Below are positions 19,301-28,683 of a stretch of 64,000 nucleotides of DNA, piece after piece. Each line of letters starts with the position of its first letter. Within the stretch, counting starts at the first letter, position 1. Where the stretch lies: the IMG/VR virus record IMGVR_UViG_2061766007_000800. One strand, written 5' to 3'. The position numbers were made by a program, and so were the translations under genes. A model generated the notes under the pieces. It had not been told where the DNA came from. It did no database searches and worked only from the letters and a program-made list of their open reading frames with translations. This DNA comes from an uncultured virus (IMG/VR IMGVR_UViG_2061766007_000800). Taxonomy: Duplodnaviria; Heunggongvirae; Uroviricota; Caudoviricetes.

Positions 19301-22001
19301 TTTTTGCTTCTTCAAGTTCTATAGCTGCCTTATTTTTTGCATCTAATAAGTTTTGTTTTTCTTTTTGTGCGGTAATTTGTTTTTCAGTAGCAAGAACTCC
19401 TTTTAAGAGTAATTCTCTTTTACTAATATTTTCATTAGTTAATCCTTCTGAAGTTTTAATAGCTAATTGAAGTTTACTAAAACTTTCAAGAAAACTATTA
19501 ATAGTTTGATAACTTTTTAATATACTAGGAAGAATAAAACCAACTGCTGTTAAAGTTCTAAGTATTTTTTCTGAAGTGGATAAAGAATCATCTTGCCAAG
19601 TTTTTGTTAAACTGCTAATTTGACTTACTATCATACCAACAGATGAAAGAATCCCTGCCAATTTAGTTACATCATCAATTATTGCTTTAACATCTAAAGT
19701 TTCTCTTAACTGCTTTTGATTAGCAGCTGCAATTTTAGTTGTTTCTGCATAATTATTCATATTATTAGCAAGATTTGAAGTAAGATTACTACTATCTGTT
19801 AAAAACTTTTTAAAAGCATTGAAAGCAGCAACTCCATCTCCATTCATATCTTCATATAATTTATCATACTTATTTGCTAACTGCTCTATTTGTTGTTGAT
19901 TTAAACCTAATTCATTACCAGCTTCCCTTACAACTGTATTAATAGTCTTCATAGCTTCATCACTACTATTTTCAGCACTTTTAATTGAAGCTGTATAATT
20001 ATCTAATTCACTATTTATTACTTTAAATTGCTCTGAAAGCTCTTGTAATCCTGTTATATCTTTAGACTCTAAATTATCTAAAAAGTTAAAGGAACTGCCC
20101 ATATCTGTAGCTAAAAACTTATAAATATCTTTATTACCGTCATAGATATTTTGAAACTCTCCCTTTTGAGCAAAATTAGAATTTTCTTTTACTTTTTCAA
20201 TTTGAATAGCTAAAGCTCCTGCTTCTTGTTTTTGCTTAAGTATCATATTATAGCTTACTTCATCTTGTGCAGACATAACTTTTTTATACCCAATCATTTC
20301 TTCATAATATTGAGCAATTTTATTTAATTCTTGTTCTTGAGCTTTAGAAGTTCTTAAACTACCATCTTCATTAGTCATAATACCAAGACTATTTTTAACT
20401 TCACTAAAGACAGCAATATTATCTTTTAATTCTCTAGCTTCTTGATTTATTCTAAGAAAATTATTTACATATACACCAAGTTCTTTTGCAATAGTATTAG
20501 AACCTAATTGTAAAAATAAACTGGTAACCGCAGGTAAGATTGTTTTTAACCCACCTACACTTTTAACTATATCGGCTATTACTTGAGCAAATTCTGTTAA
20601 AGCAGTAATAATATCTTTAATATCATCAGAAGAGATTAAATTCTGATATAAATCTTCCCAAGTAGCTTTTAAAATATTTAATCTATTATTAATACTATCA
20701 AGAGCAATATTATGTTGTTTTGCAAGGGTACCAGCTGCATTTTCAGCTGTATTCAATGTTTCAACATAATTACCCCAGTTATCAAATAAAGCGACTAAAT
20801 TATTATACTGTCTAGTACCAGCCATAGTTTGAGCAAGAGAAATCTGCTGCTCACGAGTCATAGACTGCCACTTACTACCAATTTCTTCGATAACTTCACC
20901 CATATCACGGAGATTACCTGTGGTATCAAGTACACTGATACCCATTTCTGCCATTTTAGAAGTATAATTACCAAAAGTAGTTTCAGTATCTAATCCAGCT
21001 TTAATATCACTAATACGAGCAAAGATAGTCTTATATGCAGTACCAACAGATTCAGGTGCTTGTCTAGTAACTGAAATAGTAGTTGCTAAAATAGCAGAAA
21101 GTTGACTTTCTGTTACACCTAAGTTTGCGGCGGAAGAAGCTACCTTAGACATACCTACGGATAATTCTTCAAGGTCAGATGCTGTTGTTGCAGCAACTGC
21201 CGCCAATCTATCAACATATAATTCTGCTTCTTCTGCAGAGACTTTATAACCATTCCAAACAGCGGTTAACTGTTCTGAAGTTTGGTCCATAGACTGACCT
21301 GTAACCATAGCAGTCTTAGCTGTAATGTCAGTACGAGTCTTTACTTCTTCATCAGAAAGACCTTGTTGATAGTAAATAAGAGAGCCTTCTGCATAATTTC
21401 TTGTAGAAGTACCTAAAGCCTTAGCAGCTTCATTTGCGTTTTTAGCAAACTCTGCCATTTCATCATTTGACTTACTTGTTACTATTCTAATATCATTTAA
21501 AGCAGTATCAAGGTCTTTAATATAAAAATAAGTCTTTTGAATTGAGCCTGTTACATTATTCCATACAGCAGAAGATAATCCCCATGTAATAGTATTTTTT
21601 AAAGTAACAAACATTTTATCTAAAACAGTATTAGTATTTCTAGCAACTGTATTTAATTTTAAAAGACTTGTTGTAGCATTTAAAAAAGCAATATCTCCTT
21701 GAGTACCAAATTTATGTAATCCCGCTTGAATTTCTTTGGTTGTCATATTACTTTGTTTAAGACTTTGATTAAATCTATTAACAGTAGAAGTTCCAAGTTT
21801 AGGATTATAAGCTTGAGATAAAGCAGTTTTTAATGCAGTAGCAGACCTAACAGCTTCTTGTATTTCATTTGTATTAGTAGCTAAATAGCTTCCAGGTTGG
21901 ATTTTACTAAGACTATTTAAATCAGCCTTTAACTGATTAATACCAGCTGCATCATATGTAGTTTTAATACCAACGCTAAAATTCATTTGCTTATTAGCCA
22001 T
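13398..22001 (-). CDS. Tail tape measure protein
   Basis: 2867 aa, helical/coiled coil; TP901-type N-terminal region (DLDTALNDIRIVT); C-terminal YDTGGYTG...AMLHSKELVLN motif. Confidence 0.92.
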   Translation of the reverse strand: MANKQMNFSVGIKTTYDAAGINQLKADLNSLSKIQPGSYLATNTNEIQEAVRSATALKTALSQAYNPKLGTSTVNRFNQSLKQSNMTTKEIQAGLHKFGTQGDIAFLNATTSLLKLNTVARNTNTVLDKMFVTLKNTITWGLSSAVWNNVTGSIQKTYFYIKDLDTALNDIRIVTSKSNDEMAEFAKNANEAAKALGTSTRNYAEGSLIYYQQGLSDEEVKTRTDITAKTAMVTGQSMDQTSEQLTAVWNGYKVSAEEAELYVDRLAAVAATTASDLEELSVGMSKVASSAANLGVTESQLSAILATTISVTRQAPESVGTAYKTIFARISDIKAGLDTETTFGNYTSKMAEMGISVLDTTGNLRDMGEVIEEIGSKWQSMTREQQISLAQTMAGTRQYNNLVALFDNWGNYVETLNTAENAAGTLAKQHNIALDSINNRLNILKATWEDLYQNLISSDDIKDIITALTEFAQVIADIVKSVGGLKTILPAVTSLFLQLGSNTIAKELGVYVNNFLRINQEARELKDNIAVFSEVKNSLGIMTNEDGSLRTSKAQEQELNKIAQYYEEMIGYKKVMSAQDEVSYNMILKQKQEAGALAIQIEKVKENSNFAQKGEFQNIYDGNKDIYKFLATDMGSSFNFLDNLESKDITGLQELSEQFKVINSELDNYTASIKSAENSSDEAMKTINTVVREAGNELGLNQQQIEQLANKYDKLYEDMNGDGVAAFNAFKKFLTDSSNLTSNLANNMNNYAETTKIAAANQKQLRETLDVKAIIDDVTKLAGILSSVGMIVSQISSLTKTWQDDSLSTSEKILRTLTAVGFILPSILKSYQTINSFLESFSKLQLAIKTSEGLTNENISKRELLLKGVLATEKQITAQKEKQNLLDAKNKAAIELEEAKRELESVNKAANTKPNRRTAEKIKNLKKVSLPAAEAKVAEKQEAFNNASKAVAENEGAAASGAPGLVGLISSAPQAAAAIAIVIAALAALVGTLAIVEEAQKRTTKKSLEELKSLKEKIDEREKEVQQLNSLRDSYVGLKSQLDKNEITEIEYRNQVLALTKDIEDQSVKLQLLRGDYEDLGQTMQNIAEQNNKNLILDYGREIDKAKATMQAATVQGTSFGQDLWKTFTGSGGALNFIPGYGTVGSIASVIKGIGKDNQVISRSLDPTANSEFKDYVKNNDISKFLKAGGPGGYQLHIEEDEIVDAYEAIDKAIQDNAHLANTETLKELTTIRDNMQEAYEIQKEAQNKMNELKKENLVYEVDESSLTSIENYYDKVNQLAQDALNDNLFDGEDAYSKARIWANSALSGINAETSQWSKKVALEETLLVSANFKVNEEEMENEYKQLEEKLSSLTEAELRLLLPIFFTLGEGTAKSYIDGITNYLEKNEVKEFVEAEEKASQQQKMVSAIGLANESKSFNTKEVQEILKDTDLNTDEFRNLNYGNQMLTAIWTQNEKGLPPEVADKIKESYRGQIDEANKILKEEQDKAFEENKDWFSQKEYNKAVAWTNDLNYYDDNAKIYKNYNEDEIENLAKAYLEAGNSTESFTEEQKNLWDTLVNKKIINEEELKSVYSQSSGYQKVKADIDKLNDAITETNNETQDWLKVRQQAEKVTEDYDKSLDDIQTAYKALSAAEKEWNLNEGFSVDTLQDLLKMNPAYIEALEVEGNQFKVNTDRLNELARAQAVAEVNSAEMAQQALFMDAVQKGVNSTEWEQIFAMETYAGTVADTTSELWKQVDALIEMKTRTGELTDAQADALRNVMSQRQNYYAKARHIAENVDVTKDTKKSGKSSKKDEKDYRDDFDRYWEFLKAIDKVADAIDKLEKKEKNLFGREKISSLKTKNNLLKLQVKTYNDLFEEQKREQSELMGTLGSKGMTFNAEGEITNYAQKTSEALAAYNEAVRKYNAGMLSEEAFKIQEKAYEDFKKEVERYDKLYYSEMKDTLEKIEDIRRQVLANNLEAWEIEIKLKVDWGSLEREWADFLHNIEKDFTAVYEDLGSELGTILEKANTYSGDEGIISVDLKAIQDVMTEIDKLKAGGESDMFESISQAQEKLKELNSSLMKDSTDLKKLWEEAYKAYLQGIDQLNDKLEDQMERYEQIDKELAHQQKLIGLLYGDDAYSMMNTLYKNQEKNQLAEISSLRTQKDLWEDKWKAAEEGSQEQLKYYNLMIEAQNNLNASVEDYVELLQKDLANAVRETVDALDKSVTNGLGIDKVREQWDDLQDYNDGYFDENQRIFEIEKFGLTVEQKMADASAKTQKALKAFQEEELERLKKKEDLNEYDIKAAEYRLQLKEKELALEDAQNAKNSMKVTRDTNGNWTYQYVADEEDVANKQLDLIKATEDYYNFAKETHQKSLEDMMDLQEWYKEAIIEISTDMTLSQEEKEKRMQEATEKYERHAERLMAEANITAQDMAATAAYGIEQSINSSLIAMEDLTARQKEIVEQVCADNITDFQNLYKAVEDNNNNIRTNIEEMLGETVPEWQTAAQDMADAWNADDGASIKAMVTDAIDEILDYLDEYEDKLDELQDTAGMDFDDIVYNINEATDATEDLKDMIEELCNDNDLDDLKDIVDDLADSWDDVKDSIVRAIDKIKEYLRLMGQAQNASVNLNTPNAGGGSPSGDGGGNSGGSPSSTPSGQTGPVAEWFSVKSTPNGKQKYVLIGYGANTVFATLDSAADSSSISEWLRQYGSLPYKNVNGDEGLTAAATAAGINLQSLAQQYGGNYKSELENRLKNLKISKVLSKYDTGGYTGEWLGGDGKLAMLHSKELVLNADDTANFLSAVSMIREIASFGTSIENSIAAGVNSFMNRFSDSAYGLTRNETTNNTKQNIFNINAPITSTAATDEIQMAILQLPNLASQYVSRNGI

Positions 22002-22050
22002 TGTGTATTCCTCCTTTTTTCTCTGAAAATAAAAAAGACCTCTCTACTAA

Positions 22051-22092
22051 TATTTAGTAAAGAGGTCTTACAAATAAAGTATTTTTGACCAA
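22051..22092 (-). promoter_or_regulatory. Candidate late promoter TTGGTCAA-N28-TAAATA, overlapping a terminator hairpin (22035-22069)
   Basis: Conserved motif; aagacctct...agaggtctt inverted repeat followed by U-tract. Confidence 0.55.
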
Positions 22093-22614
22093 TTAATTAT
22101 TTATACCAAGAGTATTGGCAATATTTGAAATTTCTTTGAACTTATCTACATCAAAGTTAGATACCTGTTCACCAATATTTGCTGCGGTATTAGGCGCAAA
22201 GATTGACATCTGTTCAAATGCGGCGCGAGCAGAATCTCTGTATGTAAGATACTCTGCATGAATTCTTTCAATATTCTCTAATAAGCAACCATATTCGTCT
22301 TTAGGAATCGCATTGATTACTAAATCAAGAAGTCCGCTACAATTAAACTTATCAAAAAGTTCATAAATGTCACCCTGCTTTTCCTCATCAGTAAACTCAA
22401 TATTTGTATATTCAAAGATAAGGTATACATTAAACAATACATCTTCAAGGAATGTATCCACTACTGTGCCAGTGTCTGCATTTTGCATTACCGCATTAAT
22501 AATATCTTCCTTTTCTGATGCAGGTAAATACTGTTTAACTTCAATATCAATACCATTAAAATTAACGATTTGCACATCTTCATTGATGTTACAATTTAAT
22601 TCTGAAAAGTTCAT
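22093..22614 (-). CDS. Acidic protein upstream of tape measure; possible tail assembly chaperone
   Basis: 173 aa; function inferred from position only. Confidence 0.45.
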   Translation of the reverse strand: MNFSELNCNINEDVQIVNFNGIDIEVKQYLPASEKEDIINAVMQNADTGTVVDTFLEDVLFNVYLIFEYTNIEFTDEEKQGDIYELFDKFNCSGLLDLVINAIPKDEYGCLLENIERIHAEYLTYRDSARAAFEQMSIFAPNTAANIGEQVSNFDVDKFKEISNIANTLGINN

Positions 22615-22646
22615 CTCTTTTTCTCCTTTTATTTCTTTCTTATTTT

Positions 22647-22675
22647 ATTATAACAAAATTTTTTAATTTTGTCAA
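22647..22675 (-). promoter_or_regulatory. Sigma-A consensus promoter
   Basis: TTGACA-17-TATAAT with extended TG on minus strand. Confidence 0.75.
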
Positions 22676-24514
22676 TTACTTTTTGCTATAATAAATTTTA
22701 TTAAGTTTAATACTTGCTTTTTGACTTTCAAGAAATAGTTTTACTCCACTTACATAAACTCTATCTCTATCTTTATATGAAACATAGGTTCTTGCTATAT
22801 TTCTAAAAGTTCTTGCAGCACTTTCAACATTATATTCATCATATCCATTTAATACTAAACTTGTAACAGGATTAGTTGCTTTAGAATTAACGTATCTTCT
22901 TATGGCATCTCCTAAATCAATAACAAGAACTCTTTTAGCTCCTCTATCCATTACAACTAAAGTATCTGCGGATGCAGTTCCTCCACCATCTTTTTCTTGA
23001 AATCTTTGAGAGAAACCAGATGCAATATCTAAAACAATACTCTCTTTTGCTATTTTATGAGCAATACGAAGAGCGTCTTTACCGGGTTGACTTCTTCCAC
23101 TAGGTTCTTCAGCAGTAGGGTGCTGCATAACATAAATATAATTTAATAATACCTCTTGTTTACCAGAAGTATCAACTATAGAAGTAGTTCTATCAATAGC
23201 TCTCAAAAGAGAAGTTGTACCTAAATCATGAAGGTCATCTATTGCACCCCAGTTCTTTGCTGATATTCGATAAGGAATTCCGCCACTTAAAGGCTCAGGT
23301 AAATCCAGATAAACATCCATTTTTGCCTGTTTCATTTCACCTGTATCTATATTATATTCATCTTTTGAATGAAAATCAAAAGTGATATTTCCAAAACTCT
23401 CTTGAGCATGATATTCACTTCTCTCTATCGTGACTTTTTTATCTTCTTGGTCATCAGCCAAAAGAACTAAATCATATCGAAGGTCGTGTTTATTACCTCC
23501 TCTTTCAACTAATGTTTTACCAGAAATATTCTTTATAGCTTTATTAATCTCTTTTTGAGTTATTTGTTCAATTTCTTCCTCTGAAGTAATATTACCAAAT
23601 ACACCTAATAAAGCCAAACCATATTCTAAAACATTACCATAATCAGAAGGTGTTACAACGAAAGCTCTCATAGCAGTTTCATAAAAATTATCAAATTCTT
23701 GAATAGAAGCTAAAAGTCTTTTTTTAACTTTATCTTCATTTTTTTCGTTAAAAAGAGTTTTCCAATCGGCAAGTCTTCTTTTACTAATAAGGAATGTACT
23801 TTTAGCCTTTTCCCAATCTCCTTTTGTTTCTTCCATCGCTGCGGCTTGACCCGTTTCAAAAATCTCAATAATATCATCATAAGCTGTACAAGTATCTCTG
23901 TATTTTGATTTAAACAAATTTTCAACCTTTTCAAAATTCTCTTTTTTTAAAGATTGCTCTAAAGTTTTTAATTCATTTATTTGTCTTTCAAGGGTCTTTA
24001 AAGCGGCATTTTTTCTTTGATTATCTCCTGTTTTAACAGATTGTTTTACATTACTTTTTATATTTTTAGCTTCTTTTACAGTAATATTCGGTCTTCTTAA
24101 ATCTTTACTAAAATCAAAATTATTAAATTCAAGTTTGTTTGAATAAACTTTATTATAATTATTTATAAGAGTTTGAACGAAAGTCTTTGCCACATAATCA
24201 TTTTTACCATCATCAATAGGAAAAAACATTTCATTCAAAAAATTTTCAAAATTCTTTAAATTTTCTTTATTTCTCTGCGGATATAAAGAATAAATTTTAT
24301 CTAAAATACCATTATGAGCTTGAGTTAATTTAGATATAGCATTTTCTGCGCCAGGGTTTGCCCCTTTAACGTCTCCAATATATTTACCAAAATTCACAGG
24401 TTTTGAATTTTGGTAATCTTTCCATTTTAAATAACCCCCATGAGTTTTACTCTCAGGATTTGACCAACCCATTTTTCCGCTCCTTTCTCTCATAATAAAA
24501 AAATGGGGACTCAA
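22676..24514 (-). CDS. Hypothetical protein, possible PD-(D/E)xK nuclease fold; true start probably 24472
   Basis: 612-aa ORF; E...KMDV...ISAK motif; AGGAG RBS before MGWSNP. Confidence 0.55.
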   Translation of the reverse strand: MSPHFFIMRERSGKMGWSNPESKTHGGYLKWKDYQNSKPVNFGKYIGDVKGANPGAENAISKLTQAHNGILDKIYSLYPQRNKENLKNFENFLNEMFFPIDDGKNDYVAKTFVQTLINNYNKVYSNKLEFNNFDFSKDLRRPNITVKEAKNIKSNVKQSVKTGDNQRKNAALKTLERQINELKTLEQSLKKENFEKVENLFKSKYRDTCTAYDDIIEIFETGQAAAMEETKGDWEKAKSTFLISKRRLADWKTLFNEKNEDKVKKRLLASIQEFDNFYETAMRAFVVTPSDYGNVLEYGLALLGVFGNITSEEEIEQITQKEINKAIKNISGKTLVERGGNKHDLRYDLVLLADDQEDKKVTIERSEYHAQESFGNITFDFHSKDEYNIDTGEMKQAKMDVYLDLPEPLSGGIPYRISAKNWGAIDDLHDLGTTSLLRAIDRTTSIVDTSGKQEVLLNYIYVMQHPTAEEPSGRSQPGKDALRIAHKIAKESIVLDIASGFSQRFQEKDGGGTASADTLVVMDRGAKRVLVIDLGDAIRRYVNSKATNPVTSLVLNGYDEYNVESAARTFRNIARTYVSYKDRDRVYVSGVKLFLESQKASIKLNKIYYSKK

Positions 24515-24525
24515 AGAGTCCCCAT
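24503..24525 (-). terminator. Intrinsic terminator after tail tube gene
   Basis: atggggactc-aaa-gagtccccat hairpin plus U-tract. Confidence 0.75.
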
Positions 24526-24545
24526 CTTATTCTTTAGGTATTTAA

Positions 24546-25541
24546 TTAGCCGTTGCTAATTGCACCGTGGTCAGCGTGTGCTGTAGAAGCACCAGCTGCA
24601 ACTGCGTCTGTACCGATTGTCTGGATAACTGCAACAACCTTCTTTGTCTTGTCGAACTTAGTGTAGCTAGGAAGGGCATCCATTGTGAATGTGAATGTTG
24701 AAGGGTCTCCAGTAGAAGCCATTGAGAATGTGAATCCTGACTGTACCTTAACCTTAGGTAAGATAATTTCAGCTGCCATATCAAGACCTGAATCTTCACG
24801 TCTGAATAATGTCTGAGCTTCAATGTAGAAGAATCCACCGAAGTCAGAAGGCTTAATCTCAATTTCTTGAACATCTGACTGCATTACAATGTAGAAGTCT
24901 AAGATAATAGGCTTACCAACATAGTTAGCTTTATCTGCACCTGTTACTGTAAATGTAGCACTTGTAGAGCTATTTACAAGATAAGTGTTAGCAGGAGTGC
25001 CAACTGCAGAAGCTTCTGTACCAGAAGTTGTGATTTCCTCAATCCAATCAATACCAGCACCAGAACCGTCAATTACTGTAGCGTATGCAGGAACATCACT
25101 AGGTGACTTACATACATAAAATGCTGTAGCACCTTGAAGACCTGTCTCTTCCTTTAAGTCATTAAGAGTAACTGTACAGTAAGGACCAGCTGCTGTGTTA
25201 CTAAGAGTCTTGTTAATTGTGATGTGAACGTGCTTAGGTGTAGCTGCTGAAGCATTCATTAAACCAGCACCAGAAAGAACTGCAAGACCCATAGGAGAGA
25301 TAAGTGCGTCTTCAATAGTGAAGGTCATTGTCTTCTCACCTTCCCAAGAAATAAGACGAACATTACCTTGACCACCAGTAGCATAAACTGTTGTAGTAGC
25401 CTGCTCTAATGAAGATGTCTTTCCTGTATCAATCATGAAACAAGGTGTACCAGCTTTAGCGAAAGTCTTTGTACCGATTTTCTGGTTATCAGCTGTAGTT
25501 TTAAAAGTTACGTCGCATATCTCACGTGAACCAAACTTCAT
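24546..25541 (-). CDS. Major tail tube protein
   Basis: 331 aa, Thr/Ala/Gly-rich beta protein; strong RBS, own terminator; position after head-tail genes. Confidence 0.75.
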   Translation of the reverse strand: MKFGSREICDVTFKTTADNQKIGTKTFAKAGTPCFMIDTGKTSSLEQATTTVYATGGQGNVRLISWEGEKTMTFTIEDALISPMGLAVLSGAGLMNASAATPKHVHITINKTLSNTAAGPYCTVTLNDLKEETGLQGATAFYVCKSPSDVPAYATVIDGSGAGIDWIEEITTSGTEASAVGTPANTYLVNSSTSATFTVTGADKANYVGKPIILDFYIVMQSDVQEIEIKPSDFGGFFYIEAQTLFRREDSGLDMAAEIILPKVKVQSGFTFSMASTGDPSTFTFTMDALPSYTKFDKTKKVVAVIQTIGTDAVAAGASTAHADHGAISNG

Positions 25542-25571
25542 TTGTATTTCCTCCTTTAAAAATTTTAACTT

Positions 25572-26312
25572 TTATAATAAAAGGTCTCCCAACCAATCTT
25601 CAGGCTCGTCTAAATCTGTAGCACCAGCCATCCTTGCTTTGATATTCATATCATAAGCAGCTTTTAATTGGAATCTTTTATATTCGTCTAAAAGTTGATA
25701 TACAGTATAGTTATATAACTCGTTTTTATCTTTACCTAAACCAACTGCAAGAATTGAAATAATTTTACCATAAATAGTTTTATTACTTAAATCTTCTCCC
25801 TTTGATTTAGCTACCTTTCTCCTACCCTTTTCAAGTTTCTCTGCAATTTTCTTCGCCATACCATCCGCGGGATTATATGTTCTCGCGCCATCTTCTTTGG
25901 AATTCAATACAAAAATCTCTTCTATTGCTTCTTTAAACTCTGCAAAATTATCACTATCAATTTTTGTTACAGAATGATTTTCTCTATGCGTTAATTCAAC
26001 TATATTGCTTTTTACTTGTATCTCGTATGAAGGAAAAAGTAAAGATAAAACCAATAGAGATTTTGAAGTGAATACTTGGTATTCTCTTGATTTCATTATC
26101 TCTATTAAAATTTCAAAATCTGATTTATCGGATAAATTAACTTTGTCCTTTTCATCTAAACTATTTTTACTAAAATCTAAAAATCTAATTCCCTTTTGGA
26201 AATCTTCTTCCCCTATCAATGCTATTTCCTTTATCGTTGGATTATGTATAGCACACCGTCCGCCAATAAAAGGAATATCATTATTACTTTGAAGAAGAAG
26301 AGGATTTATCAT
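25572..26312 (-). CDS. Conserved virion morphogenesis protein
   Basis: 246 aa between head-completion genes and tail tube; ATGA overlap. Confidence 0.6.
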   Translation of the reverse strand: MINPLLLQSNNDIPFIGGRCAIHNPTIKEIALIGEEDFQKGIRFLDFSKNSLDEKDKVNLSDKSDFEILIEIMKSREYQVFTSKSLLVLSLLFPSYEIQVKSNIVELTHRENHSVTKIDSDNFAEFKEAIEEIFVLNSKEDGARTYNPADGMAKKIAEKLEKGRRKVAKSKGEDLSNKTIYGKIISILAVGLGKDKNELYNYTVYQLLDEYKRFQLKAAYDMNIKARMAGATDLDEPEDWLGDLLL

Positions 26313-26908
26313 TCTTCGTCCTCTTCCTCAACATTTTCTAATAAATCATCAACGCCGTGAATAGCTCTATATATTAAACAATAGCCACCAAAATCTTGGT
26401 TTAAAACTAATTCACTCGCTCCTAAGAAATTAAGAGTACCGATACCTGAAAGCTTAGTTTCATTCAGGATACCATCTACAAAGCCCGCAATCTTGAGCGG
26501 ACGTTGTCTATAATCTCCTAAATCCCATGCCTCAGGGTGGCAGATGATATCTATCATAATATCACAATCCCTATAATAAGGATTAGTTAAATTAGGGGAG
26601 AAATTATCAAAGGTAATAACTAAATAACTTTTCACTTCTTCGTGTTCTGCCATAATCTGCTTGGGATTAAACCTTATATAACCTTGGTCAATTAAATCTG
26701 CGATAGAAGTGTTATTTATCTTATCAATGTATGCTTGGTTTGTCGTGTCATCAATACAATCTTTTGTGTTTATTAAAAGAAGTCTTTTTAAATAATCACT
26801 ATAAGGTCTACTGTCTATAAATAATTTCTTAATTATAGTTTCAGTATCCTTTTCACAAGAAAGGAAAGATGAACGAAACTCCCCTTTAAACGAATTAAAT
26901 CTTCTCAT
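26309..26908 (-). CDS. Probable tail terminator/completion protein
   Basis: 199 aa; position and beta-rich C-terminus. Confidence 0.5.
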   Translation of the reverse strand: MRRFNSFKGEFRSSFLSCEKDTETIIKKLFIDSRPYSDYLKRLLLINTKDCIDDTTNQAYIDKINNTSIADLIDQGYIRFNPKQIMAEHEEVKSYLVITFDNFSPNLTNPYYRDCDIMIDIICHPEAWDLGDYRQRPLKIAGFVDGILNETKLSGIGTLNFLGASELVLNQDFGGYCLIYRAIHGVDDLLENVEEEDEE

Positions 26909-26927
26909 AAAAAACTCCTTTTATCTC

Positions 26928-27857
26928 TTAAAAAGAAACAATATGGACTGGAAGAACGACATCCTCAGCGCCAAAGACCTGATAATGAATTTCAAATTCT
27001 CCAGACTTTCCAGAAAGAATTTCCAAAACTAATTGAGATGAATCCGCAGAAATAATTTTAACTTTTTTAGAGTTAACTACAAAAGTTCCACCAGATGAAT
27101 TTTTAATTTCATAAACAAGAGAAGAGTCATATGGTTTAACAATTTGCGGACCGTCGATATAAGGTCTTCTAGAGTAAACCGGTTCTACCTCAATTGGAAT
27201 CATCTCTTCTTCCATAGGATTATTAAAATCTTCTTGAAGATATACCTCAAGAATACCTCTTTGGGAATATCTATCAACTGCAACAACTTTCCAATTATTG
27301 CCTTCAAACTTTAATTTCTGTTCTCTTTTAAAGAACTCTTTTGTTTCTTCATTTTTTGGTATATACATCAATAAAGTATAGTTTAAACCATTCCATACTA
27401 AATTGTGTTTCTTATTCCATTCTTCGCCTTCCTGTACCGGACCACGAACATAAACGGGATAATACTCATCATTAACTTCTACTTCATAATCACATCTTCT
27501 AATGTTTGCTCTGAAGTAGGCTTCTTCTGTAAATTGTTGTAAATATACAAGCCAAAAAGATTTTGTTCTATCCCAATAAAATGTATCGCCTTCTTTCATT
27601 CCGGCATCAAACTCTATTGAGATAACTTTTTCGTCATAATCTTCTGTTAATTTTCTTTGATTAATCAAACAACGATATGGGTTGTCGCGGAGAGTTATCC
27701 ACTCAGCCTGATATGAATCTTTCAATGCAGCCTGGAGAGATTTAAGCTTTCCCGCATTTAATCTTTCATCACGATTTTCACCCATATATTCAACTCTTGT
27801 TCGTAAGTTATCTAAGACTCCACCCATTGCTTCACCTTTGCCAAAAGACCTAAACAC
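26928..27857 (-). CDS. Probable head closure/head-tail joining protein; start probably 27827
   Basis: 309-aa ORF in head-tail module. Confidence 0.5.
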   Translation of the reverse strand: MFRSFGKGEAMGGVLDNLRTRVEYMGENRDERLNAGKLKSLQAALKDSYQAEWITLRDNPYRCLINQRKLTEDYDEKVISIEFDAGMKEGDTFYWDRTKSFWLVYLQQFTEEAYFRANIRRCDYEVEVNDEYYPVYVRGPVQEGEEWNKKHNLVWNGLNYTLLMYIPKNEETKEFFKREQKLKFEGNNWKVVAVDRYSQRGILEVYLQEDFNNPMEEEMIPIEVEPVYSRRPYIDGPQIVKPYDSSLVYEIKNSSGGTFVVNSKKVKIISADSSQLVLEILSGKSGEFEIHYQVFGAEDVVLPVHIVSF

Positions 27858-28126
27858 TCAAAGATTGTCTTTCTAAAAATAAAGAAATCTTCTTCTCTGT
27901 CTAAAGTCTTAAGTCCTTCCATCTTACAAACTAACGAAAACATATCTTTTTGGTCATCAAATAAGGCGGTCATGCCCTTTATTTCTGTTGTAAGAGTTTC
28001 TAAAGGAGCTTTCCAATCGCCATGTTCTTCTCTAAGGGGTAATAATTTAAAAACTTGATTTGTTATACGATTAAAATTATCGACAACATCACTAGTATTT
28101 ACTTCGAAATTGTCTTTGAAGACCAT
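27812..28126 (-). CDS. Hypothetical head-tail module protein
   Basis: 104 aa, AGGAGG RBS. Confidence 0.6.
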   Translation of the reverse strand: MVFKDNFEVNTSDVVDNFNRITNQVFKLLPLREEHGDWKAPLETLTTEIKGMTALFDDQKDMFSLVCKMEGLKTLDREEDFFIFRKTIFECLGLLAKVKQWVES

Positions 28127-28137
28127 AACACACCTCC

Positions 28138-28662
28138 TTAGTTTCCACTCATAAGATTTTTCATAGTTGTCTGAATTTGTCCATCCTTAACTACTCTTCT
28201 CTTATAAAGTCTTTGAAGATGCATCATTTCCGCTTTCTCTTGCTTAACTAAGTCCATAAGTTTTGCCATATGGTTCGCTTGAGAAGTAAATTTAAAATCT
28301 GCACCGCTATATTTTTGTCTAATATTTTCTGTAGATTTTAATTGTTGATTAAGCCAAGTTACAACCATATCTTCTGCTACAATATTGATTTCTTCTTTAG
28401 TTAAGACAGAATTAAAGGCGCCGCCTACCCATTCGTATGACGACGCCCCCGATTCGGGATCTATAACTTCCACAAGTTCACCCTCTTCATAGTCGAATAT
28501 ATCGAATCTAGGGAACTCAAAAAGTGGGATAGAATCTATCAATATTTCTTGTAACAATCTCATAGTATCTTGCTCTGTTAACTCAAGATACATATCAGAT
28601 GTAATCTTGCCTAAAAATCTTTTATAAATTAAATCAAAAGCGGTAGTATTTTCATTTGGCAT
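28138..28662 (-). CDS. Probable head-tail adaptor
   Basis: 174 aa, helical, shortly after capsid gene. Confidence 0.5.
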   Translation of the reverse strand: MPNENTTAFDLIYKRFLGKITSDMYLELTEQDTMRLLQEILIDSIPLFEFPRFDIFDYEEGELVEVIDPESGASSYEWVGGAFNSVLTKEEINIVAEDMVVTWLNQQLKSTENIRQKYSGADFKFTSQANHMAKLMDLVKQEKAEMMHLQRLYKRRVVKDGQIQTTMKNLMSGN

Positions 28663-28683
28663 TTGTCCTACCTCGCTTTCTTA

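Noticed and set aside
22093..22614. Tail chaperone G/GT programmed frameshift
   Set aside because: Gene is followed directly by a terminator/promoter; no second frame before the tape measure.
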